Source: Ramazzottius varieornatus (Eukaryota > Animalia > Tardigrada). From it: a stretch of DNA of 64,000 bases. Made by a program: the position numbers and the translations under genes. Under the pieces are notes generated by a model. The model saw only the letters and a program-made list of their open reading frames with translations, was not told the DNA's origin and ran no database searches. This document shows, one piece after another, positions 52,066 through 64,000 of the stretch. Where the stretch lies: positions 315,036-379,035 of the forward strand of contig BDGG01000015.1 in the NCBI GenBank assembly GCA_001949185.1, given 5' to 3'. The first letter of the stretch is position 1; each line of letters begins with the position of its first letter.

Positions 52066-55000
52066 TCGGAGATTCCTTTCATGCGACAATTGTATAGTGT
52101 GAACTCGAGGAAGTCTTAAGAAATTCAGAACAAATGGAGCAAGCTCTATTGTTTAGCGAGCAATACTTGTTAGAACAAAAGAGGGAAATATTTGATATGG
52201 TTTACGTTAAAGGGTTGACCATTTATTCCACAGGTGTTCATCAGCAGCCTTTCAACAGTTCAAGATTGTATAGTACGATGTAGTGCAATATTGGGCGTTG
52301 TCATGTGAGACTTTGACCTGTGATACTTCTGAGCCTGTGACATTGTTGTGAGTGATCAAAGCACACAAGTTAAAGTTTCCTGGGAAAATTCTTCAGTTTT
52401 TAACTAGGGTATATTCTTGAGAGGTTGTTGGCACGTTTGAGGCGGCTTGTGGATGGGACGACATGGATGATGGAGAGGAGCAAGTATTTGGAACAAGAAC
52501 ATGTTGCCAGCGTAAAGCGGGCCTTCATGGTAGATCGGATAAGATTACTGCGTTTGACATCTGCCCGTCTGTGAAGAGGCCAAAGATGATCAAACAGATC
52601 AAGATGTCCATATTGCTGTCATAACAGCCCCAATATTGCCCTATCAAATGTGTCACCGTGACAAGGCTAACGGCGTTTACACTTCACGGCGGCTTGAGAA
52701 TTGCAGTTGGACCGTGTACAACAGAAAGCGCGCATACAGGCTCAACGTTCTGATTTTTCCACAAAAACAATCCCGCAACATTTCCGAAAAGTTTTGGCTT
52801 TCCACAAAAGATCGTTGTTCCTACCTTCATCTAATCATACCGAAATTTACTGTACACGTGCACAGTAAGTTTCTGTACTGTGCAGAGGTGATGCGAATAA
52901 AACTCTGCAATAATAGAGACGACTGTAAATAGAGACGAAGACAAAGAGGATGAGCTGGGCCTTTTTTCTATAGTAGTGTCCAAGTTATCATCCAACACTC
53001 GAGGTTCTGTACTGTGGTGGATTTTGGCGGCGTTAAACGTGATGTTTTTCCTCATCCAGAAGCAATATGACACCCAGATTGACCGCTGGTCAATAATGGC
53101 TCGATTAACGCCGCTGCTAATTAACGAGAAGGATGTTTGATTAATGAGTGGTTAGAGGGAAGAGGAGGGTGGTGACGCGTGGTTGATCTAATCGGAGGTC
53201 AGTTGGGGTGTCGTGCTTGAGGGATCTTCCGTTGTTTGTAAAAGGCCGCGTCTCGTCTACATTTTTCGTGGAGGAAGGAGGAAACAAGAGAGCGATATGC
53301 GGATGACAGTCTTTGACCTTCGCGGTGCGGCAGCTGTCGCTTATTTGAGCATGACTAGCGTCTCGGTCAATAAAAAACGCGATGACGACGAGAAAGTGTT
53401 ATCATCAACCTGTGCACCACTAAATAACTTTATCCATCCTCTCAAAATCTGAAAAGACGACGGCAAACAGAGCCGGCCTCGTGTTTACCCACTAGGGCCA
53501 ATTCAACACACAATCAGCCTCTCAACTATCTGCTACATTTCTCTTCTCCGGCCACAAAATAATAAACTGATAACTTTTGTCCCACGTCGAGCCATTGTCA
53601 AAGCGAAAGAAGGTTGTTTGAGTACGTAGAAAACCACGCAGTCGATTTTCTTCCGCGTTGCTCGTCTGAAAAAGCAACTGTCTGACGCTTCATCACAACC
53701 AAGTACTTCACTATCAATCAAGAAAAACTGTCCGGCCATCGAGCCTAACTTTCAAGACAGTGCTGTATCAGGAACCGTGAATCGAGCTAAAACGATGGAG
53801 CAATTCTTGTTGCTTTCTACAGTTTTCCGTACGTCACACGATTCTTCCGATCGACGCTTGCACTTCCATTCTAGGCGGTTTCTTGTGATGACACAGGTGT
53901 GACCTGGAGCCTGACGGTAATTATGGGTCCAAGGTGCGAGAGTTACGTAAGGGAAGTTGCGAAGGTGTCGGTTCATGTCAGTCCATTATCTTTTGAGGCG
54001 GATGGTAATGATGTGCGGGGGATGCTGCGGAGACTCGCCACAATGAAGAGACCCCGTTGCGTGTGGGGGTTTGCTGACACGGCCCCAAATTATCCCGGGC
54101 GCGTATCAAGTTGTGACTTTTATTGTCCATTTGTCTAGTGCTCAATGGGTCGCAAGATGTATGATGGGTAATTACGTCTGTGCGGAGTGATAAACGCAGA
54201 TGGCAACGAGCCGACTATAGGCCATCTTTGACAGTCTTCGGCGTCAACGAGAATATGGATAAAATAGACATTTATCCTCTTCCTCCCATGGATGCCCCGT
54301 CGACATCTTTCAACCATCGACCGCGGCACCGCGCACGCCATCAGACGTCTCCCGCTATTAACGGCCGACATCACCGCTAATCACCACCAAATGTAAACAC
54401 GACTTTAACTTGACATTAAGTTGTACGTTCCAGAACTATTTTGTTCTGATTTCGAATTAACTACCTTATAGCCGAGTTAAAAGCAATTATAATGATAGCA
54501 AGATTCCGAAGGATATTGCGCTCTACAGTATTGGGAGTTTAAAGGCAACTATTTACACGACGTTTCTGGACCAGTAATTATATTGCGATTACAATTACAA
54601 TACCTTACTACGGTGTGGTTTGCTTGTTTGGGTACTGACCGTACTGTTTACGCTGGATGGTATCTTCTCCCATTCCGTTAAGCCCAGGCTTGGCTGTTAG
54701 AGGCTTCGTATGGATCATTAATGGAGCGAAAATGAGTGGATTGAAGAGTTGATGGAACGATCCGGTGTCATTTACAGATGTTTCTAACCAAAGAGGGATT
54801 ATCGCTCTCCCATTAACTTTTAATCAAGGCACACACAAACGGGCTTCCGGATGAGCAGTTTAAGCTGATAGGACACTCGTTTAATTACCGGCCTGCAAAT
54901 GACCATCGATCCCCCCCCCCACCCGGTTTTTGTGGACTGCGTTATGGGTTGGCCGTAAAGCTTCGAAGTGTGTCATAAAGAACCATCCGCTCTGTTTGCC

Positions 55001-57104
55001 CGTGTATCGGTAAGACAAGGAACAATCGTAAACTCATCTCGTTGTATTGGTGGAGATAAGAACAATATGGAGAATATGACAGACGGCGCAAGTCGAATTT
55101 TCAAATATGACAAATAGATGGAGTGCCACTTTGATCGCCAGCGCGGCTCCTTATCGTCCAGCACACTGGCTTATCGGTCCCCACCTTCGCCTCATTGCTT
55201 ACGACCGGACCGGCAGATTGCGCCAAAGCACGAAGGCTAAACAATGGAACGCCGCATCCTCTTCCTGCTGCACAAATTAGGAGCGGCTAGACTCCAGACT
55301 ACTGTTCGAGCTAGCCATCCACCCACAAAAAATCGCTGGACGGGAACCAAAAACAGCAACCGCCAAAGATAACGACAATGCGAAGACAAGGATAACAACG
55401 ACCACAACCTGTTCCGTCAATCAGCCATACAACCATTTCACAAAGCTCTTCGCACAATCTATATTCGCTTCAACTGACCTGAAGCGTGAGGAAGAGATTA
55501 GATGACTTGAAGAAACGACAAAGTTTCATCCATCTTCTGTACTGGGGTGACAACGTAGCTTGATCGACATCTCCTGGTCGGTGGTGAAGCCTTTCCGTTG
55601 CAGAGTCGAGGAATACAGACAGGAGGATATTCGTCTCGCTTCCACGAGATGTGGAAACCTGCGTCCAGCTGGAGGGAAGACGGAGCTGGCAAAAGATAAA
55701 AACAAAAGGAAGGATAACGAGCTGGGAGAGATGACTTCACTGCGTCGAGTAAACTGGTTCAGAAATCAGACTGATAATCGTCGTTGAAGCTGCCGGGCTG
55801 GTCCACTTTTAGTCAAAAACGCTCCACTTGCGCGGTATGGACGTCGTACTCGTACAGCGCAGGCCGCCTATGAGGCAATGACGTTAACCATACGAGCTTT
55901 CTACGGCGGCATGATACATTGATTGACCGATGGATGGGCGAGGAAGCGGCACGGTTCCGTTCGCGCCTTTCGAATCGATCTTTGCCACAATACAGAGACT
56001 TCAGAACGCAAAACGCTAAGAGAAGCTTTGGCGCCTTTTGGTGTCCTTGCTGGATATCGACTCTGGCCAATGGACAATGTTGATTTCACGAAGTCCAGAC
56101 ATGGGGTTCCGAACAGGGATAGCCTGTGAAGGGTAGCCAACACTGGTCCAACGGTGAGTCTCCACTTACCTTCATTTCGAAGCCGGTAATCGTCTCCACT
56201 GAATCGACTTACAAATATCCGGTTACGTTATTTGGTCAGTAGATACTTATCTAAACAATCATATTTCAATGGAAACATGTTCCGCTATCTCGACTTTGCT
56301 CGAAATATACAAGATTCTCCATTGTTCGCGATGCAGAGAAAAGGAAGAATGTTGCCTCCACTCAAAACTGGACGAGATTCCTGCGCATCAAGACTGGCTG
56401 AAAACTGTCGACTAGCAGTTTTTGTACACCAGTCCTATTTTGCCTGACGAAAATATTCATCGATATCTGGACTGATAGATCTTTTTTTTTGATTCAGCAA
56501 GACGATTCGGCTTCCGTTCTCCGCCTACAGCAGCCATGTAGAGAATATCCCGATGTTTTGATATCCTGATTTCTGTTACAGTATTCTGTTGCGTGAAAGA
56601 AACGCGAAACGGAAAATCAGGCAAAGGCTAATGTTTTTCACCTCCTTTTTCATCACTAATTTTAATATTGAGTGCTGTGCTCTTTAGGTAACAGGCCATT
56701 GCCCACCACGAGTTCTTCCTCGTTTTCCGTCTGGCCTCCTCAAATACACCAACGGATACGTACCAGTGAACTATTAACTGACAGTTGGTGCGACTAATTG
56801 AGTGATCTGTTTGATCAAAGCACCATCAAACAGAAAATGGCCGATTTGTGTCAGACTGCCAGTCAAGCTGGATGGGGTCTTCCCCGCCGATCAAGACTGG
56901 CGGTTTCGTCAAAGACCAAAAGAAGCGACAGGTACCGAACGCTATAATCTTTTTATCACCATCCCAAAACAAACACCCAACAGTAACTGCGGCAGACGGT
57001 CTCTCTAATGACAGATCTTTGAACTCTGGAAATTAATCAGCTTGATACCACAAAGAAATTCGGGTTCATCGAAAACTTCTCTTCCGGGTGGAGTGGGAAT
57101 GATC

Positions 57105-57200
57105 TGAATCAGATTGTTTTCCCGAGTGGCGCGCACTTTCCAGTGTTACTGGCTGACAGTTTGCGCCACTTGGGAAAAACTACCATCCCTTTGAGATTTA
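57105..57200. repeat. Palindromic hairpin repeat, monomer
   Basis: ttttcccgagtggcgc..cagtgttactggctg..gcgccacttgggaaaa. Confidence 0.85.
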
Positions 57201-57618
57201 GAAAGAGTTCGAGCGAGGCAATCAACCCAATCAAGAGCCAGTGTTCCGCATCGGCAGCGCCATCTGACTTGATTTATTGTCACTGACGTCATGCACCAAC
57301 TGTTTTAATGGTAATGACGTCAAGCATGGCCTTGTCGAAGTGACTTGATTGACATTGATGCATTGATCGAATATAATAAAATCGATCAAGATATCGACGT
57401 CAAAATTTTATCGTTCTGCCAGTCTTCTTCTTCTGCTTTCGATATCGTTCTGATTTCTCTTTCTGTCCACCTCGAGATAGCTTCACAGTGGTTACTGTAA
57501 ATGACTGACATGTCTCGTGCTCGAGGAACGAGCAACCTTGAAGGCCGTCGATGATTGTGGAGTAGTTTCACAACGGATGTTTTGTCGCTGCTGGCCAGCT
57601 TGAATATTCTGCCTTATC

Positions 57619-58752
57619 ATGGGAGACGACTCTCCTGTAATTTCCTCAGCTTATCCTGTCCTAGTCAGACCTGCATTTGAGAAGGTAAGAAGGTCCTGTA
57701 ATTTCGGCTCGTACAGACCACGTATTTATTCGTAATTTTTCAGGTGAATCAAAATTTCAAAGAGCCAAACAGCTCCGTCAAGGAGTGCCTCAGCAAGGTT
57801 GGTTGTTTCTTCGGATTTTATTGTATGACTGCCTGTGAGAAGCCTCATCTGGTTCCATAGGTGGAATCTGCGTATCCTGGATGGACCTATGATTTCGTAA
57901 TGCAGCTGGTTAAAGCGGCGGAGTTACCTGTTACCAGCCTAAACGAGAGCATACTCAGGCTGGAATCGTCCGTCGTTTCAGAAGGTCAATCAGTACAGAT
58001 TACAACCGTTGATTGATTGATGTCTGCGTATTTTGAAGTGGAAAATAATCTTGGGGTTCTGCGTACTAGTAGTTTCCGAAGGCAGTCCGCTCTCTAGCAT
58101 AACCGTGTTTGTTCTGTTCCAGCTTACAGAGTAAACCGATCCGAAGATACCTTTACAGATCTGAATCGCAAGTCTGCCAACCTCAAAAAGATCCTCTCGA
58201 GGATACCTGAAGAAATCAGTGATAGAAGGGTCTTCCTCGAGACAATAAAGTAAGTCCACAGTTTCGCCCATCTACTTTTTTCTCTATCACAGTGCTTCCG
58301 TTTCTGCAGAGAGATAGCTAGTGCCATTAAGAAACTTCTGGACTGCGTACACGAAGTTTCGGAATATATCCCGAGCCAAAGCGGAAAACAGGTGCAGTAA
58401 GTCGCGCGTACTTCCGGTCGGCGACGTGTTCGTGATTTATGGCTTGATGACTCGGATTGGCCGTGGACTGATGGTGGAGTTTCATTTTAGGTTTTGGAGC
58501 AGAGGAAGAAGGAGTTCGTTAAGTTTTCCAAGCGATTCAGCAACACCTTGAAAGACTTTTTCAAAGATGGGCAGTAAGTCATTCTACTTCGTCACGAGCT
58601 TCTTAATATTCGTTCGCTTCTTGGCCTCAATTTGAGCTTATTACTCATAATGGTCTGCCTTCTATAGAGTCAACGCCGTCTTCTACAGTGCCAACTGCCT
58701 CATCAACCAAACCAACCTGATAATTCAGACGGTTCGAGAGAAGTGCGAGTAG
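57619..58752 (+). CDS. PDCD10: Programmed cell death protein 10 (CCM3), multi-exon
   Basis: LNESILRL, RIPEEISDRRVFLETIK|EIASAIKKLLD, LEQRKKEFVKFSKRFSNTLK.FFK, VF.SAN.LI.QTN.I, joined by short GT-AG introns. Confidence 0.95.
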
Positions 58753-59059
58753 CAGACTGTTTTGTTCTGTACTTTTCTTCCTACGTTCGACACTTGACGT
58801 GGTGCATTTTGCATCGTTCCCTGATTGATTCGTGATAGAGAGCCTTTTTATTTGCATCTTTCGTGCACACTTTGTCCTCTTCTTCGTACGGTTTTTAACT
58901 TGCTCGAATTTTTGAAACAGTCGTATACGTTTTGAACTCGCATCAGGATATTCCTTCAGTTATGATTTTTCTTTTTTTTTCTTGTTGCTATTATGTTTGT
59001 TTTTGACTGGTGTGCAATCAATATTCTGTTCGCGAACTTTGGTGGATATTCGAAATACT

Positions 59060-59140
59060 GTTTCCTGTCGAAGTGGCGCATACTTTCAGCAAAAAACATT
59101 CAAGGTGCGCGCCACTTCAGACGATCTGGTTCAGTTCATT
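59060..59140. repeat. Palindromic hairpin repeat, monomer, between the convergent PDCD10 and WDR20 stops
   Basis: gaagtggcgc...gcgccacttc. Confidence 0.8.
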
Positions 59141-59307
59141 CGCCCAGGTCCATAATACAAGTAAAATTTTAAAAAGCTCGAAAAATATTCTTGATGCTTT
59201 GCAGATCCAAGGGAAAAAAAAGTCCGTGAGAGAACACAGCCTAATATTGACAGACGCAATAAGAAGATGTCAGAGCGAAGTTAATAAATATTCGAAATTG
59301 TTTCCAG

Positions 59308-62042
59308 TTAGTTTGAACAGGAATTCTGCCGACTAGAGCTATCGTTGGGCAGAGCGCGACCGGGTCTGCACCAGGTCATAATCACACCTTCCTGTGTCGA
59401 TATGAGAATGCAATCATCATGAAAGACAATGTCGTTTAGCCGTTCGGGAGCGATGCGTTTGCAGACCAGCGGCTCCAGCAGAGGGACGTCCTCTAGCTTG
59501 GGACACAACGGACTGCCCAACGGCGCCTTGTTCACCTCTTCCTTCTCCTTCTTCTCTTGAGCACTGCGTTCTTGTTCCTCCTTCTTGGACTTGGCAGCAG
59601 CGGATGCGGCGGATCGGTTACCGATCAGCGGAAGAACGCGCTTTGGGGCGGGAGCTGGCACACTCTTAGGCGGAACTGCAGAAAAGAAACACACCACCAT
59701 TATTTCCAGTCATAAAATGCTGCCCGCAATAAATTCCTCAATCCAGACTAAAACAATTTTGGAAAAGACGTTCCGTTTCCCGGCGTCTTGTTCGAAATAA
59801 TTATGCAAAAGTCACCAGAAAGGCCAGAGACGGGTCCGTTGATCATCAGCGATCCACCACGACCCCGAGGGTACGTGGACTGCTTGACGATGTCGTCTGT
59901 CAGTTCCCACAGACAGATCTGTGTGTCCTGCCCCACTGTCGCGAACCTGTATGTTATTATCCTCTGGGCAGTCTGGGCGGGTGCCGGTGGGTCTTTGCTG
60001 TTGCTGACGGGGAGTCTCGAAGGAGGTACGGGGCCGTTGGATGTACTTGCGGGTACTGAGGAAGAGGCGAGGCAGCTGGTCATGGGATCGAAAGCTACGG
60101 CTGTGATCCATGAGCGATGGCCTCGACCTCTGGCCACAATCTTCCGCGAGTCAATGGAAAACAGGTGAACCAAGTCGTCTTCACCGGCTGCACAGACAAA
60201 CTTAGAGTCGGGCGACCAACCCACGCAGAGAAGTCCACCGAAGTAACTCTTGGCGGTCCCTGCAAAAACATAAAAATTAATATTCGCCAAAGAACCACTC
60301 CAGTCCTAAAATTTCGCTGCGGTTTACAGAAAAATTTGAAAGACCTTTACGTCCATTAAAAAACCCGCATGCAAAACAATATTAACTTCGAAAAAATTGA
60401 TATAGGTCGGAAAAATGGCGGCTCGACGAACAACCTCGACTGTTTAGGTCGTTTTTCCACATGACGCACGCTAACAACCAATAACTCTAAGTGCGTGCGC
60501 CACTTGGGAGAGCAATCGAACTCGAAAAGAAATCCATAGTTTGCTTTCACTCGGATTAACTCGCGCATGTTGTCGTCAGTTTAAGGCATGTTCTGAAGTT
60601 TGTTTGGTGACGTTCGTTATATGTCGCCCGACAGACTCACGAAGTCACGCACATTGTCAGCTGAGAACGTGCGGTGCGCTACTTGGGACAACATTCTTTT
60701 CGTAGATGAAAAATCTTGTGTGGTTATTGTATGTACCTATAAGATCGAAGGTTTCGAAGAGAAAAACGCGGAGAAAGCCGTCATGACTAGCTGTCGCGAG
60801 AAACTTGGAGCATGGAGAGAAAGCAAAGGCGTCGAGAGATCCTTCGCCGATGGTCCAGCGGTACATCGGGTTGCGCGGAGTCCTGCTCTTGCAGGTGTAG
60901 ACAGCAAAGCCATCGCCATGCTTGTGCGCTTGGTATGAAGGAAGAGTGCTGGACCAAGGTAGGGAGTCATCACAGTGAAGTATTTGCCCGCTAGCAAAGC
61001 CCACCAGCAACTGCTGCGTCGAGCCGGGAACCCATTTGACGCATGTCACCTTCGTCTTATCCAGTAAACGCTGCGGAAAAAAACAGCCACTTTAGGGTTC
61101 GCGAAAATGGTATTTCTACCTCAGAAGGAAATCTGGTCTCTTCCTCAATATAGTGGAGCTCGACAAAAAAACTTTGCAAAATTGCTTGCCCAATGGCGCA
61201 AAGCTCAGTGCTGTTGACTTGCGCGCGCCAGTTGGAAAGCGATCTTGCCGAGTTTGCCTGTCGAGCTCCCGTTCCGAGATTTTCTAACGGAGAAACATGT
61301 GCGAGTTAGTCTTACGTCTTCGTTGTAGAAATGAGGTTCTTTCCGAGGGTCGCTGACTTGGAAAGATCCGGTATTAAAGCCGACGACAGTGGAACAGCCT
61401 TGAGCAGAGCAGTTAAGCCTATTGATGTCATGGCAGGTCGGAAGCGCTTTGTGGATCTGTCTATCCACGGGTCGACTGAGATCCGGAGCCTAGAACAGAC
61501 AGAATAACATGTTACAATCAGAAGACCAGAGCAACAGTCAGTCATAACGAACAAGAAACATTTCCTGTTCAGCAGAAGGAAAATTATAAAAAAACAAACA
61601 GACAGCTGATGCTCCACCGTTAGTCTGTCAGGCGACACATAACGTCATCAAACATACTTCAGAGCATGCGGTAAACTGATGACAACATGCGCGAGTTGAC
61701 CCGAGTGGCAGCAAACTATCAATTTCTTGGACGGCTCTTTCTCGGCCAATCTCTTACCTCCCAGATGCTCTTGAAAGCATACAGAAAGATTTCTCGTCCA
61801 ACATTGAAGAGTATGCGGTCAGCATATCCCGTATCGTCGTCGGGGACACGAACGAGGGAGATTTTGACGGGGAGATTCGGAGGTTGACTACCCGTGAAAG
61901 CGTGGATTCCGCTGGGTCGATTGGGCCGCGAGTATTCGTAGGTCGGAAGATTTCTGTAGTATCCTTCGCGCGTAACGAAGTGCTGCTTGATATCGAGGGT
62001 ACTTTGAGAGGACGCATCCCCGGACATATTACTCAGCGCCAT
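59308..62042 (-). CDS. WDR20: WD-repeat protein 20 / DMWD orthologue (USP12/46 cofactor), multi-exon
   Basis: HFVTREGYY...EYSRP, DRILFNVGRE, VTCVKWVPGS, KSYFGGLLCVGWSPD, RGRGHRSW...VAFDP, YRFATVGQDTQICLWELT, PLLEPLVCKRIA.ERL. Confidence 0.95.
60410..60700. repeat. Palindromic hairpin repeat units in a WDR20 intron, flanking a second repeat type
   Basis: atgacgcac..ccaataac..gtgcgccacttggg (~60460-60510) and aagtcacgcac...gtgcgctacttggg (~60640-60690). Confidence 0.75.
60536..61719. repeat. Pair of ~100 bp inverted repeats in two different WDR20 introns (60536-60637 and 61622-61719)
   Basis: atagtttgct..cactcgg...aactcgcgcatgttgtc.tcagttta..gcatg.tctgaagt.tgtttg.tgacgtt...tgtcgcc.gacagact and its reverse complement. 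Confidence 0.85.
61155..61270. repeat. Palindromic hairpin repeat, monomer, in a WDR20 intron
   Basis: Outer arms ggagctcgaca ... tgtcgagctcc; core tggcgca...gcgcca. Confidence 0.8.
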
Positions 62043-62579
62043 CGAGGTGGAAGATGAATGCGCGATGCATTACAGCCAACGGCATGCACCGTACTAGTCC
62101 GTCAGAGATGATTTTGGGCCATTTCTCGCTAACCGTCTCTCCTCCCGAAACATGACCGATGTGGGTTCACCCTTTTACTCGGTGGAAGGAGAGTTCTCTA
62201 GTAAAGTGAATGCGTCAAGAAAAATTTTGCAAAAAGACCTGGAAGAAATAAAAATTAAATTGAAAACGATCTCCGAAATCCGAATCTCCCACTAACGGCA
62301 CGGCCTTGTTAAGGGAAAGCACCGGACCAATCAAACCGATCAACGCTACAATATGAAATTTAACATGAGGTGGATGATTGATTGTTGATTATCTAGTAGG
62401 ACATACTGCTTCCAGGATTTTGCATCCCAACAGAGCACGCATCTGTTTCCGTTTGAGACGTTAGACTGGCTAAAAGTGTCAAACTTCGCACGATCAACGG
62501 ATAGGGGACTAAACATTCGAAAACCGTAGTCTCTCGACTGTTCAGGGACTCTAGTTGCGGACTAATCCGTTGGACCAAG

Positions 62580-64000
62580 ATGGAGAACTTCGAGCGAGGC
62601 TGGCAAGCGACGACGCCAAAGATCCGGAAGCGCCTGGAGCACGTCCTTGATTCGATCGATGATTTTCCACCTAATGTCCAGTTTGCGGTAGAACTTCCCG
62701 ACGAAAAACCAGAAACCATAGGAGCTCACAGGTTAGTAGTGAGAACCAAGGATAACATTGCATGGACTAATTGGACTGAAAAAAACCGCGTTTTTCCATC
62801 GCGGTTTTTTTGAGTCCTGTTCGTTTGTCCGGAAGTTCCTGGGTTTTTGCAGGTTGATCTTAGCTGCAGGCAGCGAAGTTATGTACGCGATGCTCTGGCC
62901 GAAAGGAATCCATGCATCCGCGTAACAGATCTCCATCCGAAGGCTTTCCGGCAAATGGTGCGGTACGAAGCGTCGTCTCAATAAAGAAGAACCCTAAAAC
63001 AATACATATGCCCAATGTCCATGGTTGGAAAACGGTTGTCTTGTTGCAGGTTTTTGTATACCGATGAGATCGACGTTTATGAAAATGACCGTTCGCCTGA
63101 CGACTACCAGCCCGAAGCAGCATGGTTGACTTCTCGGACGACGGAATGCGCCAGGAAGTACGACATTCCCGAACTGTATTTCGCGTGTCGCGCGGCGATG
63201 GTCAAAATACTTAGCTCTCATGACGAAGACAAACCTGCATTTTGCACGACCATTTTGTTGGAGGTGAGCAGTAGGGTCACTTTCGCGTGTTCTGTACATG
63301 ACGTGGAACCTCGGTGAGCAAGCTGGACCAGGTCGTTCTCTCAAGTGGCGCACGCTTCTGGCCAGTAATGCCGAAACAGTGTCACTTGAGGAGACGATCT
63401 GGTCGAGTCGGCGTATCGATCTCTCAAGGGTCTTTCTTTAGGCACTGGTTATGGGTGATGAGGATGTCGTGAGCTTCTGCTATCAATTCACCTCCGTACG
63501 GTAATGCTGTCCAATAACAGATCTGAACGTCGAGATTTTGTCCCATAAAATCCTTTGTAAGATATTGGAACGCGACGACACTTTCTGGAGTGAGAAAGAT
63601 TTATACGATCTGAGTTTAAGGTAGGCGATGACGAGCCTATAAGTCTTCAAGTTTGGGACTTTCATGTCGTGATATTAAGGTGAGACCTGACAACTACCGT
63701 CTTTTGGTTTAGGTGGGCTAGGTTCCACTGTGGACAGGGCGCAAATTCCGAAGAACTGGTCGAGAAGCTTGGAATAGTTCGCCACCTGATTCGGTATTCC
63801 GAAATGAAGCCCTCAGATATTGCGGATGGACCTTCCATAGTAAGTAGCTCCCGTAAGATATTTTACCGTCTGCTTGATGCTCTTAGCATGAAGTGCCCAG
63901 CGTTATGTCCCGATTGCTGAACTGTGACAAACGGAAGACCGGCAAACGAAATGTGCAACATCGCTATTTGAAGTGGCGCACTCTTCCAGCCAATAACGTC
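62580..64000 (+). pseudogene. BTB-BACK protein gene, apparent frameshift near 62905, continues past the window end
   Basis: VQFAV.....ETIGAHR|LILAAGSEV..AM, then (shifted frame) DLHPKAFRQMVR|FLYTDEI, ARKYDIPEL..AC, and W...HC...LIRYSEM. Confidence 0.7.
63318..63415. repeat. Palindromic hairpin repeat, monomer, in a BTB gene intron (another copy starts at ~63930 and runs off the window)
   Basis: gaccaggtcgttctctcaagtggcgcac..gccagtaat..cacttgaggagacgatctggtc; at 63965 ttgaagtggcgcac..cagccaataac. Confidence 0.85.

Noticed and set aside
41100-57000. Numerous 60-150 aa ORFs
   Set aside because: No recognisable motifs and no consistent exon chains; lengths are compatible with chance.
10568-64000. 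Reading the palindromic repeats as CRISPR repeats, integron attC sites or rho-independent terminators
   Set aside because: The context is eukaryotic, the copies are dispersed rather than arrayed with unique spacers, and there are no cas or intI genes or consistent U-tracts.
1-64000. tRNA, rRNA or snRNA genes
   Set aside because: None recognised by eye; a covariance-model scan would be needed to exclude small RNAs.

Overview
Compact, intron-rich animal genomic DNA, almost certainly from the tardigrade Ramazzottius varieornatus. It contains the complete 3-exon, 445-codon Dsup (damage suppressor) gene at 21913-23739. Gene order: decayed tyrosine-recombinase (DIRS/Ngaro-type) retrotransposon; Sola-like transposase remnant; nested non-autonomous DNA transposons; MRPS22 (-); frameshifted BTB gene (+); plant/fungal-type soluble UDP-glycosyltransferase (-); full-length, intron-containing pogo/Tigger transposon; frameshifted F-box gene (+); Dsup (+); TSC22/bunched (-); ECH1 (-); three MITEs; a divergent intron-containing H2A variant (+); an unknown gene (-); hamlet/PRDM3-16 (-) with a ~16 kb gene-poor upstream region; PDCD10 (+); WDR20 (-); a second frameshifted BTB-BACK gene (+, runs off the window). 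The most striking unexplained structure is a dispersed palindromic repeat family, CCAAGTGGCGCAC-loop-GTGCGCCACTTGG, with a conserved oriented CAGCCAATAAC loop. It occurs at about 16 loci as monomers, dimers or trimers, mostly in short introns or between convergent genes, and never in the exons identified. Exon boundaries were read by eye from GT-AG sites and reading-frame continuity; no database searches were run.
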